Shown here: in pieces, positions 1 to 9,535 of the stretch | Position numbering within the stretch: position 1 is the first letter of the stretch | Layout of the letters: each line of letters opens with the position of its first letter | From: a virus | Lineage: Duplodnaviria; Caudoviricetes | DNA: 42,202 nucleotides | Virus record (IMG/VR): IMGVR_UViG_3300023256_000008 | Location: 1-42,202 of that record | Reading direction: 5' to 3' (one strand) | Position numbers and translations under genes: made by a program | Notes under the pieces: generated by a model | The model's input: only the letters and a program-made list of their open reading frames with translations | What the model was told of the DNA's origin: nothing | The model's database searches: none

Positions 1-370
1 CCTTGCTTATATCTTTTAATATTATATTTTTTTCAATTTTTTTGTCAATAGTAATCCCATATGATGCCAACGAAACTAACGAAATGTCAGAAATGATTTC
101 TTCCATATATTTTGATAAATTAATCTCTGATAAATTTTGATTAATGTATAATTTTTCATATGTTGATGATATTGCTCCTATTCTAGTTATGGCGCCGTTT
201 AAGATTTTTCGTCCTACTTTTGATCTTGTTTTCATACTTTGTAAATGAAGTAGGCTCATTAATAATTGATTATTATTTTTAACTCTATGGTGTATTTCTT
301 TTATTAGCACTTCTTTTTCTTTTAATGTTTTTTGTATTTGCGATAAGTAATTTTTTTTATCAGTTTTCAT
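1..370 (-). CDS. Sensor-less histidine kinase, HisKA_2 type (runs off window edge)
   Basis: Manual translation MKTDKKNYLSQIQKTLKEKEVLIKEIHHRVKNNNQLLMSLLHLQ; EIHHRVKNN is the HisKA_2 H-box. Confidence 0.8.
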   Translation of the reverse strand, partial: MKTDKKNYLSQIQKTLKEKEVLIKEIHHRVKNNNQLLMSLLHLQSMKTRSKVGRKILNGAITRIGAISSTYEKLYINQNLSEINLSKYMEEIISDISLVSLASYGITIDKKIEKNIILKDISK

Positions 371-386
371 AATATTTCCTTAATAT

Positions 387-417
387 AAAAAACGGCAAAG
401 TGCAAACTTTGCCGTTT
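387..417 (-). terminator. Intrinsic terminator
   Basis: aaacggcaaag/ctttgccgttt inverted repeat followed by a U run on the minus strand. Confidence 0.7.
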
Positions 418-439
418 AAAAAAATCTTTTTTTTATTTT

Positions 440-1171
440 TTATTCGCCAATTTTTGTTTCTGGGATTAATAATTCACCAATGTAAGTTTTATTGACTCCA
501 GTTTTAATTTGCTTAATGCCAAGCAAATCAAAGTTATTTGCGTCAACCAAGGTGCCAAGATAACTTTTATTATGATTGTCTGATTTAATTTTGGCTCCGT
601 CATTTGATTCGCAAACAAACAAGTCATCTAAAGCATCCATAATTTCAATACCCATGTAATCATATATATCTTCGGTTTCATAAAATTGTAAATCTTTTAT
701 ACGTTTTGGTAGTAAAAGAGTTGCAATTTTACTCTTTGCAAAATAGTATCCATTAATCATTTCATTTTTAATTGCAAACACTTTAATGATTGAACTGATA
801 AGATTTTCCTTCATTTTATCGCCCATTTCTTTTTCAAGTTTTTCGAGTTTAACAATTTGGCCATCATATTCTTTTTCGCTAACAACGCCCGTAACATCTG
901 ACCATACAATGACTTCGCCATCTAATAATTGATCGTAAAGTTTGTTATCAAATTTTGATTTTTTGATGCCTTGAGATTGACGTTCGACAAGTATTTTGTC
1001 AATAATCTTACTTGCTTTTTGGCGAAAACTTTTATTTTTCAAAACAACATCTTTTAATATAAAGTTTGTTGGGAAGTACATGTTATCCTTGTCCGAAATC
1101 TTTACAACAATTTCTTCTAATAGTTCGTCAATCAAATCGCCCTTTTTTGTGTTATTCACTTTGTCCTCCAA
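440..1171 (-). CDS. Hypothetical protein
   Basis: 243-aa ORF, co-oriented with neighbours. Confidence 0.75.
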   Translation of the reverse strand: MEDKVNNTKKGDLIDELLEEIVVKISDKDNMYFPTNFILKDVVLKNKSFRQKASKIIDKILVERQSQGIKKSKFDNKLYDQLLDGEVIVWSDVTGVVSEKEYDGQIVKLEKLEKEMGDKMKENLISSIIKVFAIKNEMINGYYFAKSKIATLLLPKRIKDLQFYETEDIYDYMGIEIMDALDDLFVCESNDGAKIKSDNHNKSYLGTLVDANNFDLLGIKQIKTGVNKTYIGELLIPETKIGE

Positions 1172-1201
1172 ATTTTATTTCTTTCATAATTCTAATATTT
1201 A

Positions 1202-1621
1202 TCATTTTGTCTTTTCTGTCAACTTATTTTTATTTTTTTTGTCTTCAAATAATACAAACAATGTTTCCGCTGGCATACCAATTTTATATTGCTCGCTGTC
1301 GTCAAACAATACATCAATATCATACATTTCGCAAATCTTTCCTTTAGCACTCCACCAACTTTCGTCGTCTGCCCACCAAGTATTCTTATCATCTATCCAC
1401 ATTTTGCAACCAGTTGTTTTTAAGTAATCTGCAACTGATAAAGTTTCATCATAATGTTCGTCTGTATAGCCAAGCTCTGCAAGTTCTTTAATTATTACAT
1501 CCTTTGGCGGTCCTGATAAAATAATCACTTCAATGTTATTGCTTTTGAATAACTTTAATAGTGGCTTAAACAAATCTGGTCTATCAGCTATAACCCCATG
1601 TACGTCAAATGCTATTTTCAA
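1202..1621 (-). CDS. HAD-superfamily hydrolase
   Basis: KIAFDVHGV motif I, ILSG, LFDD; ends TGA-TAA. Confidence 0.7.
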   Translation of the reverse strand: MKIAFDVHGVIADRPDLFKPLLKLFKSNNIEVIILSGPPKDVIIKELAELGYTDEHYDETLSVADYLKTTGCKMWIDDKNTWWADDESWWSAKGKICEMYDIDVLFDDSEQYKIGMPAETLFVLFEDKKNKNKLTEKTK

Positions 1622-1689
1622 ATTTTCTCCAAATTTTTATTTATGAAACAACAATAATCTTTCTATCTTTGTTGCCAATTATCTTTTTA

Positions 1690-1977
1690 TTAAATTATTT
1701 TTATATCTTTGCAATTAATTAAAAATATGTGGTCAGTTTTGTTGTTTTTGAAACCATAAAACCCCATTGACAATAGTTCTTCAATATCATCATTATGAGT
1801 AGTTACTTTATTGGTGGCATCATCCTTTAATGCGAATGGGTCCATCATAAGCAAATCTCTCGAAAACACCATATCCGTTTTTGCTTCTGTTTTGCTTAAG
1901 GAATCTTTCGTAAAACTCTCGTCCTTAATGTTTTTTGCAACGACTATTTTGGTGCCTTTTTTTGCTAAAAATAACAC
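1690..1977 (-). CDS. Hypothetical protein
   Basis: GTG start with AGGAGG RBS. Confidence 0.7.
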   Translation of the reverse strand: MLFLAKKGTKIVVAKNIKDESFTKDSLSKTEAKTDMVFSRDLLMMDPFALKDDATNKVTTHNDDIEELLSMGFYGFKNNKTDHIFLINCKDIKII

Positions 1978-2002
1978 GTAACCTCCTATATAACAACCGA
2001 CT

Positions 2003-2308
2003 CTATGCGGCTGTATTTTTATATGCTTTTTTCTTTAAGTATGCTAATTCTACATTTCTAATGTGGTTATAAACATTTTTAGAAACATTTATCATAGATA
2101 TTTCGTCCAAGTTTCTTTTTCTCCATATTATTAGTAATTGTTCTCTAACTTTATGGTCACTAATTTTAATGATTGCGTTTAATCCACGGTTGTAATTTGT
2201 AAGTTTTTTCCCAATTATTCTGATTGTTTTTTTTGTTGCACTTTCTTCTTCTAAAATCTTTACTAAATCATTTGCGGCTTTCGTTTTCCCAAAAGTATTT
2301 TGGTTCAT
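2003..2308 (-). CDS. Hypothetical protein
   Basis: ORF with purine-rich RBS. Confidence 0.65.
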   Translation of the reverse strand: MNQNTFGKTKAANDLVKILEEESATKKTIRIIGKKLTNYNRGLNAIIKISDHKVREQLLIIWRKRNLDEISMINVSKNVYNHIRNVELAYLKKKAYKNTAA

Positions 2309-2444
2309 CTTCCTTTTCCACCTTTTTTTATTTGTTATAACCTTTTTTTATTTCTCTCTAATATAAATATTAAAATCTATACCTTTTGTATCATATATTA
2401 AAAGATAGTTTTATTAAAAAATTCTTGGCTTTGCTATTACTTAT

Positions 2445-2726
2445 TTAACCATGCAACAATTTACTGCCGATTTTACTTTCAAATTTAGTTACATCGTTAT
2501 CCAAACCAGTACTAACAATTCTAATCTTATTACTGCCAATCAATTTCTTTTTAATAAAATATAATACATCAATATTAAGTTTCTTTGCCATTGCTTTTAA
2601 CCATACAACGAAATCATCTGTTTGACCTTTGCTACATCTAATAATGATTGTTGATTCAGTTTTTTCTATAATCACCTTACTTCTCCTATATCGCATTCCA
2701 TTTGCGTGTGTCTTCAATTTCTTCAT
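2445..2726 (-). CDS. Hypothetical protein (start uncertain)
   Basis: ORF in co-oriented cluster. Confidence 0.55.
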   Translation of the reverse strand: MKKLKTHANGMRYRRSKVIIEKTESTIIIRCSKGQTDDFVVWLKAMAKKLNIDVLYFIKKKLIGSNKIRIVSTGLDNDVTKFESKIGSKLLHG

Positions 2727-3087
2727 AACATTTGTGACATATAGTTGTTATCCAACCGTCTGTCTTACCAACATATTCAGTGCTTCCGCAAACTTCGCAA
2801 GTAATTTCTGATAAATTTTCTGCCATTTCAATTGCACCCCAAATATGATCGTCGCCACTATCTACATAAAATCTTAAACCACCAAATTTTTCTTTTATTT
2901 GTATTGCTTCACAAACAAATATTTCTTCATCATCTTTTATATTGCGATTAATGTTTTCCAGATGACCTTGTATTGTGTGGCATAATATATCAATAATATG
3001 ATACCAACCATCACCGCAAGAAATATAAGCTTTGGATAATATTTCTGGGTATTTTTTCTCTAATTTACTTTGCAATTCAATTTTCAT
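2686..3087 (-). CDS. Phage hypothetical protein with CxxC motifs
   Basis: GDGWY...QIKEKFGGLRFY...CEVCG...CHKC; AGGAG RBS. Confidence 0.7.
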   Translation of the reverse strand: MKIELQSKLEKKYPEILSKAYISCGDGWYHIIDILCHTIQGHLENINRNIKDDEEIFVCEAIQIKEKFGGLRFYVDSGDDHIWGAIEMAENLSEITCEVCGSTEYVGKTDGWITTICHKCYEEIEDTRKWNAI

Positions 3088-3095
3088 AGTTTCTC

Positions 3096-3428
3096 CTATA
3101 TACGTTCTATTTTTCTGCTTTCAATAACCAACAATTCATTCTTCAAATTAGATGAAATCTCCTTACCATAAATTGTGTAAGAGAGCAATATATCTAATTC
3201 TATTTTCCAATTAAAACATAAACCCCATATATTACCCTTAATAGAAACTTTTGGATAATCTTCATCCTCATCATTACCGCCATGAGTTGCTTTTGTATCA
3301 GTGGGTACAAAATAACCTTTACTCCCATTTGCCCCAAGTGCACCTGGGCCACCAGAAATAACTTTTAGTTTGTGTCTACTATTAATATATTGCTCCCAAT
3401 TGGAACTCTGCGTTAATATTACTTTCAT
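3096..3428 (-). CDS. Hypothetical protein
   Basis: 110-aa ORF. Confidence 0.55.
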   Translation of the reverse strand: MKVILTQSSNWEQYINSRHKLKVISGGPGALGANGSKGYFVPTDTKATHGGNDEDEDYPKVSIKGNIWGLCFNWKIELDILLSYTIYGKEISSNLKNELLVIESRKIERI

Positions 3429-3499
3429 TTCGCTAACCTTTTGTCATATATGTCATATTTGATTATTACATTTATTACAAATTTTATTGGAAATCTTTT

Positions 3500-4264
3500 T
3501 TATATTTCCAGAAATTTAACTGGAAACCCACCTTGGAGGGTACCGCATAATGGCACCATCTCATTTTTATTAATGATAACTTCGTCTTCAACTAATTTAT
3601 CTAATTCAGTTACAACTTTATGAAAGTTGCAATTAATTGTTGCTCTTTCCATCAATACATGATATCCACTTTTTGTTTCAATAACATGATATTTAATGTC
3701 ATTCTTTTTTAGAAAATCAATGTATTTTACTAATACATAATACTCCTTTACCTTATCAATATCAAAATCAATATCGATAAATTTCTTTTGTCCACGACTT
3801 CTTTGAACACAATTCATAAGTTCAACATCGAGTTTGCTAAATTTTGTCATAATTGAATCACATTTTTTTCTATTCAAAAGTGCTCTTGTCATTTCAAAAG
3901 AATATTGGTTTACCTTTTGTTGATATTCAGCATTCGCCACAAGCATATTAGATGCATTAATATTAATGTACGTTACAATTGCTTTTGCCGGATAAGATTG
4001 TCCAGTTTTGGTTGTATAACCATTTTCATTTACTTCCATTCTGCTCATAATTTTGAAAAACTTCTCATATGATTTTTCTCTAACAATACTACGTGCAAAC
4101 ATTTCAGCACGGTTAAGATTATATATTTGCCTTTCTGCTTTTGTTAAATACTTTTTCCTTGCTGATAGAGAAACAAAATATACTTCTGCTGGTCCTAAAT
4201 CGTTTAGCAAGTCAATCATTTTTTTCATTTCTTCAAAATCATTTATTACTTTATAACTTTTCAT
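3500..4264 (-). CDS. Protein with archaeo-eukaryotic primase (AEP)-like motifs
   Basis: IDIDFD and ETKSGYH resemble AEP motifs I and II. Confidence 0.5.
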   Translation of the reverse strand: MKSYKVINDFEEMKKMIDLLNDLGPAEVYFVSLSARKKYLTKAERQIYNLNRAEMFARSIVREKSYEKFFKIMSRMEVNENGYTTKTGQSYPAKAIVTYININASNMLVANAEYQQKVNQYSFEMTRALLNRKKCDSIMTKFSKLDVELMNCVQRSRGQKKFIDIDFDIDKVKEYYVLVKYIDFLKKNDIKYHVIETKSGYHVLMERATINCNFHKVVTELDKLVEDEVIINKNEMVPLCGTLQGGFPVKFLEI

Positions 4265-4290
4265 CTTTAATACTTCCTTTCTTTTTTTTT

Positions 4291-4331
4291 TACTTACATT
4301 ATTATAATAGTATTTTAATCAATTTTGTCAA
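4291..4331 (-). promoter_or_regulatory. Sigma70-like (early) promoter
   Basis: TTGACA-N16-TATTAT-AATAATGTAAGT; related copies near 4725-4762, 8433-8472, 9494-9528, 30656-30698, 39912-39954, 42159-42199. Confidence 0.75.
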
Positions 4332-4352
4332 CAAAAAAATCTTATTTGATTT

Positions 4353-4697
4353 TTATTTTTCTCTCGCACATTTATCTGAATCATTTGTTATTTTTGTTTC
4401 ATAATTATCATCGCCATATTGTACTTCAGCCCATGCAAGTGGCGAGGAGTCATCATCGTAATTTTTTTCTTCAAGCCATTCGATAAATTTATTTCTTTTA
4501 TTGTCTCCATCAGCAGATTCTTCCCATCCTTCTTTGCTACCATCTGGCGGTACATAAAATGATTTAGTACCATTTATCATCTCTGGACTTATTTCGCTTA
4601 CATAGCCAAATATTTCCAATGCTTTTTTGTGTGCTTTATCTATCCAATCACCATAAGTCCCAGTTATTACTATTGCGTGATGCCTAATATGTCCCAT
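4353..4697 (-). CDS. Phage hypothetical protein
   Basis: ORF directly after a promoter, PDGSKEGW motif. Confidence 0.7.
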   Translation of the reverse strand: MGHIRHHAIVITGTYGDWIDKAHKKALEIFGYVSEISPEMINGTKSFYVPPDGSKEGWEESADGDNKRNKFIEWLEEKNYDDDSSPLAWAEVQYGDDNYETKITNDSDKCAREK

Positions 4698-4867
4698 TTT
4701 TTCCTTCCTTATTCTTTATTTAACTTGCTTTATTATAATAGTATTTTAACCAATTTTGTCAATAACTATTTTAAAAATCTATATCTTCGTACTTAAATAT
4801 GTTATTAATTTGTCTACCAGTGTAGGTAATTATTCCAACTATTATTGCAATTATTGCAAATCCGACT

Positions 4868-5353
4868 TTAGTTTTTGTTTTCATTATTTTTCTCCTTTTC
4901 TATTTTTTGTGCTTCAAATGATTCAATTACAAAACAAACATCTTCGTATGTAAGACCATTATTCGGGTCTATTATAAGTTTTGTTAAATTATTACCAAAT
5001 CCAGAAAGTTCTTCAGCACAATCATCAAGAATTACAAACTCGTCAATATTATTTGTATCTATATATTCTTTAATTTCTGAAATGCGTTTGTTATTTTCTG
5101 CAATTGGTGTAACGCCAACACATTTGTCTCTGTATTTGAATTCTACTTTTTCAAGAATTTCTATTAAGCCTTCAAAAGTGAATTGCTCTCTCCACGAAGT
5201 TGAAAAAACAATATTGGCGTTTGTTCTTTCTATTAAGGTATTTAGCAATTTTACCTTTTCTTTCATTATTAAATCTGGATAATTACTCATGTTATGAAAC
5301 AAAAACTTGCCATTATTTAATACTCCATCAAAATCTAAAAATATTACTCTCAT
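4868..5353 (-). CDS. HAD phosphatase, RNA-repair associated (HAD_SAK-like)
   Basis: VIFLDFDGVLN, IVFSTSWR, FVILDD. Confidence 0.75.
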   Translation of the reverse strand: MRVIFLDFDGVLNNGKFLFHNMSNYPDLIMKEKVKLLNTLIERTNANIVFSTSWREQFTFEGLIEILEKVEFKYRDKCVGVTPIAENNKRISEIKEYIDTNNIDEFVILDDCAEELSGFGNNLTKLIIDPNNGLTYEDVCFVIESFEAQKIEKEKNNENKN

Positions 5354-5356
5354 TAT

Positions 5357-5590
5357 CTATCTCCTATTTATTTTGTTTATAATATAATTATACCCACCTT
5401 TGCTATGAGGTAGTGTACATTTGGAACAATCTTTAATATTATCTTTTAGTCTCGTATAATTCCCACCACAATCATCCATATTATATAATGGACAAAAACA
5501 AAATAAACAATTAATCTTGTCTACATTTTTGCATGGGTAAAATTCGCAGTTTTTATTTTCAAAAAATTTGTAACTAAATTTACTCATCAA
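5357..5590 (-). CDS. Cysteine-rich small domain protein
   Basis: CEFYPC...NCLFCFCPLY...CGG...DCSKCTLPH. Confidence 0.75.
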   Translation of the reverse strand: MMSKFSYKFFENKNCEFYPCKNVDKINCLFCFCPLYNMDDCGGNYTRLKDNIKDCSKCTLPHSKGGYNYIINKINRR

Positions 5591-5811
5591 AGCCCCTCCA
5601 TTGGTTCATCAAGATAATCTAAAACACCATCGCTTTTCATTGAATATTTCGTAACAATACTTCCTGTGCTTTCGGGATATATTTCGCTAATTTGTATAAG
5701 ATTTCCGTATATATCATACATTTTTTTTCTACGTGGTTTTTTATTTAAATTTTCAAGCTCCTTAATCATTGCCCTAATTTTGTCCGTGTTTATCCCTATA
5801 GTTGTTTCCAT
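5587..5811 (-). CDS. Hypothetical protein
   Basis: RBS present; TGA stop overlaps next ATG; shares YDIYGN with the small ORF at 5811-5930. Confidence 0.65.
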   Translation of the reverse strand: METTIGINTDKIRAMIKELENLNKKPRRKKMYDIYGNLIQISEIYPESTGSIVTKYSMKSDGVLDYLDEPMEGL

Positions 5812-5940
5812 TATTTCTCCTTTAGTATATAAACTATACTTAATTCATTACCATATATGTCGTAAGCCATTGTAAGTTTTAAATTTTGTAAATTTTTCAA
5901 TCTTTTCTTTAATAGCCCTATATCAAACATTATCTTTCCA

Positions 5941-6255
5941 TTAATCCCACCCGAAGTCATTATTGGCAAACTCATCCAGAGCGTTAAACATTTTGAAAAT
6001 AAATTCTTTTGTTGCATGAAATTTACATTTATTTTCGAATCCACCAGCATGTATATAAACTTCGTTTAATGTTTTGCATACTTCTGGGGACATATCTGCA
6101 ATAATAGTAATACCATTTGATGCCTTGAATTCTTTTTTTAAGGGAGTTAATTTGTTGGTCGGAAGTCTTGGTGAGTCAAATTCCAAAGAAAAATGTACAC
6201 CTTCAATGTGATTTAATTTTATTTTCATTTTTGGTGTGCGAGCATCTAACTTCAC
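5941..6255 (-). CDS. Hypothetical protein
   Basis: GTG start with AGGAAGG RBS. Confidence 0.6.
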   Translation of the reverse strand: MKLDARTPKMKIKLNHIEGVHFSLEFDSPRLPTNKLTPLKKEFKASNGITIIADMSPEVCKTLNEVYIHAGGFENKCKFHATKEFIFKMFNALDEFANNDFGWD

Positions 6256-6287
6256 TTGTATAACCTTCCTATTAAAATTTAAAAAAA

Positions 6288-6666
6288 TGGAGCGAGCGTA
6301 GATTGTATAATCTCAATGACTCATAATAACCTATCAAATTATATTTAATCGATCATCTATGATGAACTGCGAATATAATGGCGATTTACTGCTTCACTCA
6401 CCTTTCGGCTTCGGGTCTTTCGGGGTTTCAGAATCACCATATCTACTACACTATATCTAATACAAACCCTTTTTCGATATATGTATTTATTCAACTATCA
6501 AAATTTGTAGACGTACATCAACGATTTTAAGGGAATCAAATCCCACTTCAATTTATCTTGCCACCATAGCAAGGGATAGAAGCCGTTTTCTCCCTTTGAT
6601 GTTAGGGTTGATGGTTAGTCATCTTTAGCTTTCACGTCTATTTAATTAATCTAACAAGACACTCGC
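6288..6666 (-). ncRNA. Unidentified 379-nt structured RNA with tRNA-Gly-like acceptor stem and encoded CCA
   Basis: 5' GCGAGTG pairs with 3' CGCTCGC-T-CCA; many internal helices; no long ORF. Confidence 0.6.
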
Positions 6667-6685
6667 ATATCCTGCCTATTAAAAT

Positions 6686-7420
6686 CTAAAAAAATTTAAT
6701 AACCTCTCCAATCTTTTTGTCTCATTTATTTATTTCATTTAATATTAATTTAACTTGGATGTCAATATCTTTATATTTTTCGTTATCAATTCTAATTAAT
6801 AATTTATTTTGATTTATGGCTTCATTATTTTCCACATAATCTCTTAATTGTGATTTTTCGAAATCATGGTTTTTATGTATTTTCCTAAAATGATACGGGC
6901 CATCACTTTCAATCCAAATGTTTTTGTCTTCTGATACAATATCTATATCGAAATTAATCACATCGGTTTTAATTCTACAATGTCTCTTGAAGCCATATTG
7001 CTCTAATTTTTTTGCCAACCCTCTTTCTATTTTTGAAGAAAATCTATCATTATTTTGATTTGATGCAATGAAGTTTTCAAATTTTTCGGGATTTTCTTTG
7101 TAAAGGGTCGCAAGTGTTTCCGAAATCTTCTTTTTTTGTTTATCACTTCACTTTCTGCCATTGGCACATTTTTGACTACAAAATTTTTTATGTTTGTCTT
7201 GACGATTTTCTCTAACGGTTACTTCGAATGGTCCATTACATATCGGACAAATTATTTCTTTTGTAATTTTTTTACCAAATCGGGCATCAACACTATTTAA
7301 AAAATTTTTTCTGCCATCTTCACTATACTTTATTTTTTTATGCTTTCATCTAACATGATTTGCTTTTTGTTGTCACTTTTCAAACTCTTCTCCGCATATT
7401 TCGCATTCATATTTTTTCAT
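6686..7420 (-). CDS. Homing endonuclease-like protein (Zn finger, NUMOD3, Vsr/DUF559-like nuclease); needs TGA=Trp x4
   Basis: 244 aa with in-frame TGA at 7373, 7346, 7148, 6722; CEICG..NHVR[W]KH, GRK[W]SDKQKKKIS, IWIESDGPYH. Confidence 0.75.
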
Positions 7421-7490
7421 TTTTTTCTGCCTCCATATATAAGTATGGAGGCAGAAAGTTATATAGACTATTTTTGCCTATACAAACAAA

Positions 7491-8043
7491 TGGTGGAGGT
7501 GGTGGGACGTTATCTTAACTCTACTTTCTCAAACCATTTATAGTAGAGACGAGACTATCGCATCATCCCATAAGGATGTCTCTTCGCTTAGTCGTTCACG
7601 CTGGCACTACCCTTGCGCCCTGTCGTCCTATGGTAGGACTTCCAAGTCAATCAGAAGAGATTTATTCACTATACCTTTCAATACAGGTCGACAATTATAC
7701 TTATCGAACCCACGTCCACGAAGTCGCCTACTATAATTTTCTTACACACTTAGTTTATTTTACAATTTCAGATGCATCAAAAATAAACAAACCATACATC
7801 GCCCTCTTCGCCAGGTACATTGCGTTTCTACATGTTTTTATCATTGTTAGTAGTCACCAATTATCCTTCATTATGACTTCGATTTGCAGTGTAGAAAGAA
7901 TAGACACCGCACGAAGGGTGGCTTACGCCGCCATTAATTGGCTGTTGCCGTTTAATTTTGTTTTGCAACATAGTTCGTATGCTCGTTGCCATCATAGTGT
8001 GAATCATATAAGGCGGGTCTCCATGTCAAAACCGGTCACCCCC
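7491..8043 (-). ncRNA. ssrA: tmRNA interrupted by a group I intron
   Basis: GGGGGTG/CACCTCC-ACCA acceptor with G3.U70; tag frame GNSQLMAA* at 7923-7949; spliced length 358 nt. Confidence 0.92.
7508..7702 (-). mobile_element. Group I intron (195 nt, no ORF) in the tmRNA T-loop
   Basis: Exons rejoin as GTGGG-TTCGAT^T-CCCAC; 5' exon ends in U, intron ends in G; guide GTCGA pairs with exon TCGAT; P3 TCTCTTC/GAAGAGA; P7 GACTA/TAGTC. Confidence 0.85.
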
Positions 8044-8050
8044 TAATTAT

Positions 8051-8410
8051 TTAAAAACTTATTAATTTTGTCCAAACAAATGGTATATGACTTCCATATC
8101 CAAGTTCACTAATTATGTTAGTTGCGCCAGGAAAATTTAACGAATGCACATAAAGTGCAAACTTTGGTTTTTTTAAAGCATTTTTTGCCAACCATTGTGC
8201 CACTTCATACCCAGTACCCCCATCAGACTCTACCATTTCTAATCCGCCTAAGTCGTGGTCTAAGAATATATAGTCAAAAGGATTCTCTTTTCGTAATATT
8301 TTTATTGCTTTTTTACTTTCTTTTGCAATAGTTAAATCTGCATTTCTAAAGTTCTTACGAAATTGAGCAATTCTTTCATCGTTATCTTCCAATATAAAAA
8401 TTTTTGCCAT
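8051..8410 (-). CDS. Stand-alone receiver domain (cyclic-phosphate-processing type)
   Basis: ILEDN, IFLDHDLG, GTGYEVA, VHSLN. Confidence 0.7.
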   Translation of the reverse strand: MAKIFILEDNDERIAQFRKNFRNADLTIAKESKKAIKILRKENPFDYIFLDHDLGGLEMVESDGGTGYEVAQWLAKNALKKPKFALYVHSLNFPGATNIISELGYGSHIPFVWTKLISF

Positions 8411-8491
8411 TTTTTTTTCTCTCCTTTATTTAACTTACTATACTATAATATTCTTTTAGACGAACTTGTCAAGTTTGTTTTATTTTTTTTA

Positions 8492-8704
8492 TCAAACGTT
8501 GTGAGTTTTAGCTTTATCTTGTACTAACAAATCATGAGCCACTATAATACGTTCTGGCGTAATAGTCATTCTTTTCATCCTAACCCATTCATTGGTTTTT
8601 TTGCCTCTAAAGTAAAACTCTTGACCAAAACATCCGATTTCAGCATTTCCTATACAATCGTTTGGGTCCAAAGCCATATGTATAATATTAATTTCTTTAT
8701 TCAT
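8492..8704 (-). CDS. Hypothetical protein, paralog of 8714-8956
   Basis: Shared INI.H.ALDP, GC..QEFY.R, ITP.RI. Confidence 0.7.
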   Translation of the reverse strand: MNKEINIIHMALDPNDCIGNAEIGCFGQEFYFRGKKTNEWVRMKRMTITPERIIVAHDLLVQDKAKTHNV

Positions 8705-8713
8705 GTTTCCTCT

Positions 8714-8956
8714 TTAATTTACTTTATTTCCGTATATTGTAAATCTATCATCAGATTTATCAAGTGATAATAATTTATAAAAAAGTTCAATACGTTTTGG
8801 TGTGATATGTATTTTCTTCATTTTAGTCCATCTCGTCGCACCATTTGTCCTACAATAAAATTCTTGATTCTTACAGCCGAACTCACACAATCCGTCGTGG
8901 TGTGGATCTAAAGCTGTATGTTTAATATTAATACGCATTGGCATTTTTTGTTTCAT
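8714..8956 (-). CDS. Hypothetical protein, paralog of 8492-8704
   Basis: Same shared motifs. Confidence 0.7.
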   Translation of the reverse strand: MKQKMPMRINIKHTALDPHHDGLCEFGCKNQEFYCRTNGATRWTKMKKIHITPKRIELFYKLLSLDKSDDRFTIYGNKVN

Positions 8957-9023
8957 TTTGCACCAACTAATTGAATAAATTTATAATCTTTTTCTTTTTT
9001 TAGGTCTGTAATATTTACTTGTT

Positions 9024-9494
9024 TCATACTCTTCCCCTTTCATGTGAAATATCTGTTTTTATATTTTTAATTTCATTTACCAATAAAAAATCTACAAAAT
9101 CTTTTGGCGTTACTCCAGAATAAATTTTGAAATCTTTGCCAGTTATCCATGGCAATTTTTTTTTACAGTTAATTTCTTCAACTGTATTTCCCAAACAGGA
9201 GTTGGCAACAGGATAAGTAAATTTTATTGCTGATGTCCAAGTTAAATATAAAATACCCCACTTTGGGTTTGCAGAATCGCCCCATTGATTCCTTCGTTCT
9301 TTGGTCGGTTCAAATGGCGGACTACATTTATGAAATGAAGCGGTTGAACTCCAAAAGTCCCCATCTTGTCTTTTTAATTTTTGCGTAGTAAAATATGCAG
9401 TATTATCTTTCACAAAGCAAAGTTTGTATTTGCTTAAATTGTCATGCATCCAATGAGATAATTTCATTTTGATAGTAAATAATTTATTTTTCAT
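9024..9494 (-). CDS. Hypothetical protein
   Basis: 156-aa ORF immediately after a promoter. Confidence 0.6.
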   Translation of the reverse strand: MKNKLFTIKMKLSHWMHDNLSKYKLCFVKDNTAYFTTQKLKRQDGDFWSSTASFHKCSPPFEPTKERRNQWGDSANPKWGILYLTWTSAIKFTYPVANSCLGNTVEEINCKKKLPWITGKDFKIYSGVTPKDFVDFLLVNEIKNIKTDISHERGRV

Positions 9495-9535
9495 ATTACT
9501 ATAATACCTTACTTATGATTTTTGTCAACAATTAT

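Noticed and set aside
6288-6666. RNase P RNA or a second tmRNA
   Set aside because: No GAGGAAAGTCC/CGGCTTA P4 signature, no G3.U70 pair, no canonical T-loop and no tag ending in AA recognised.
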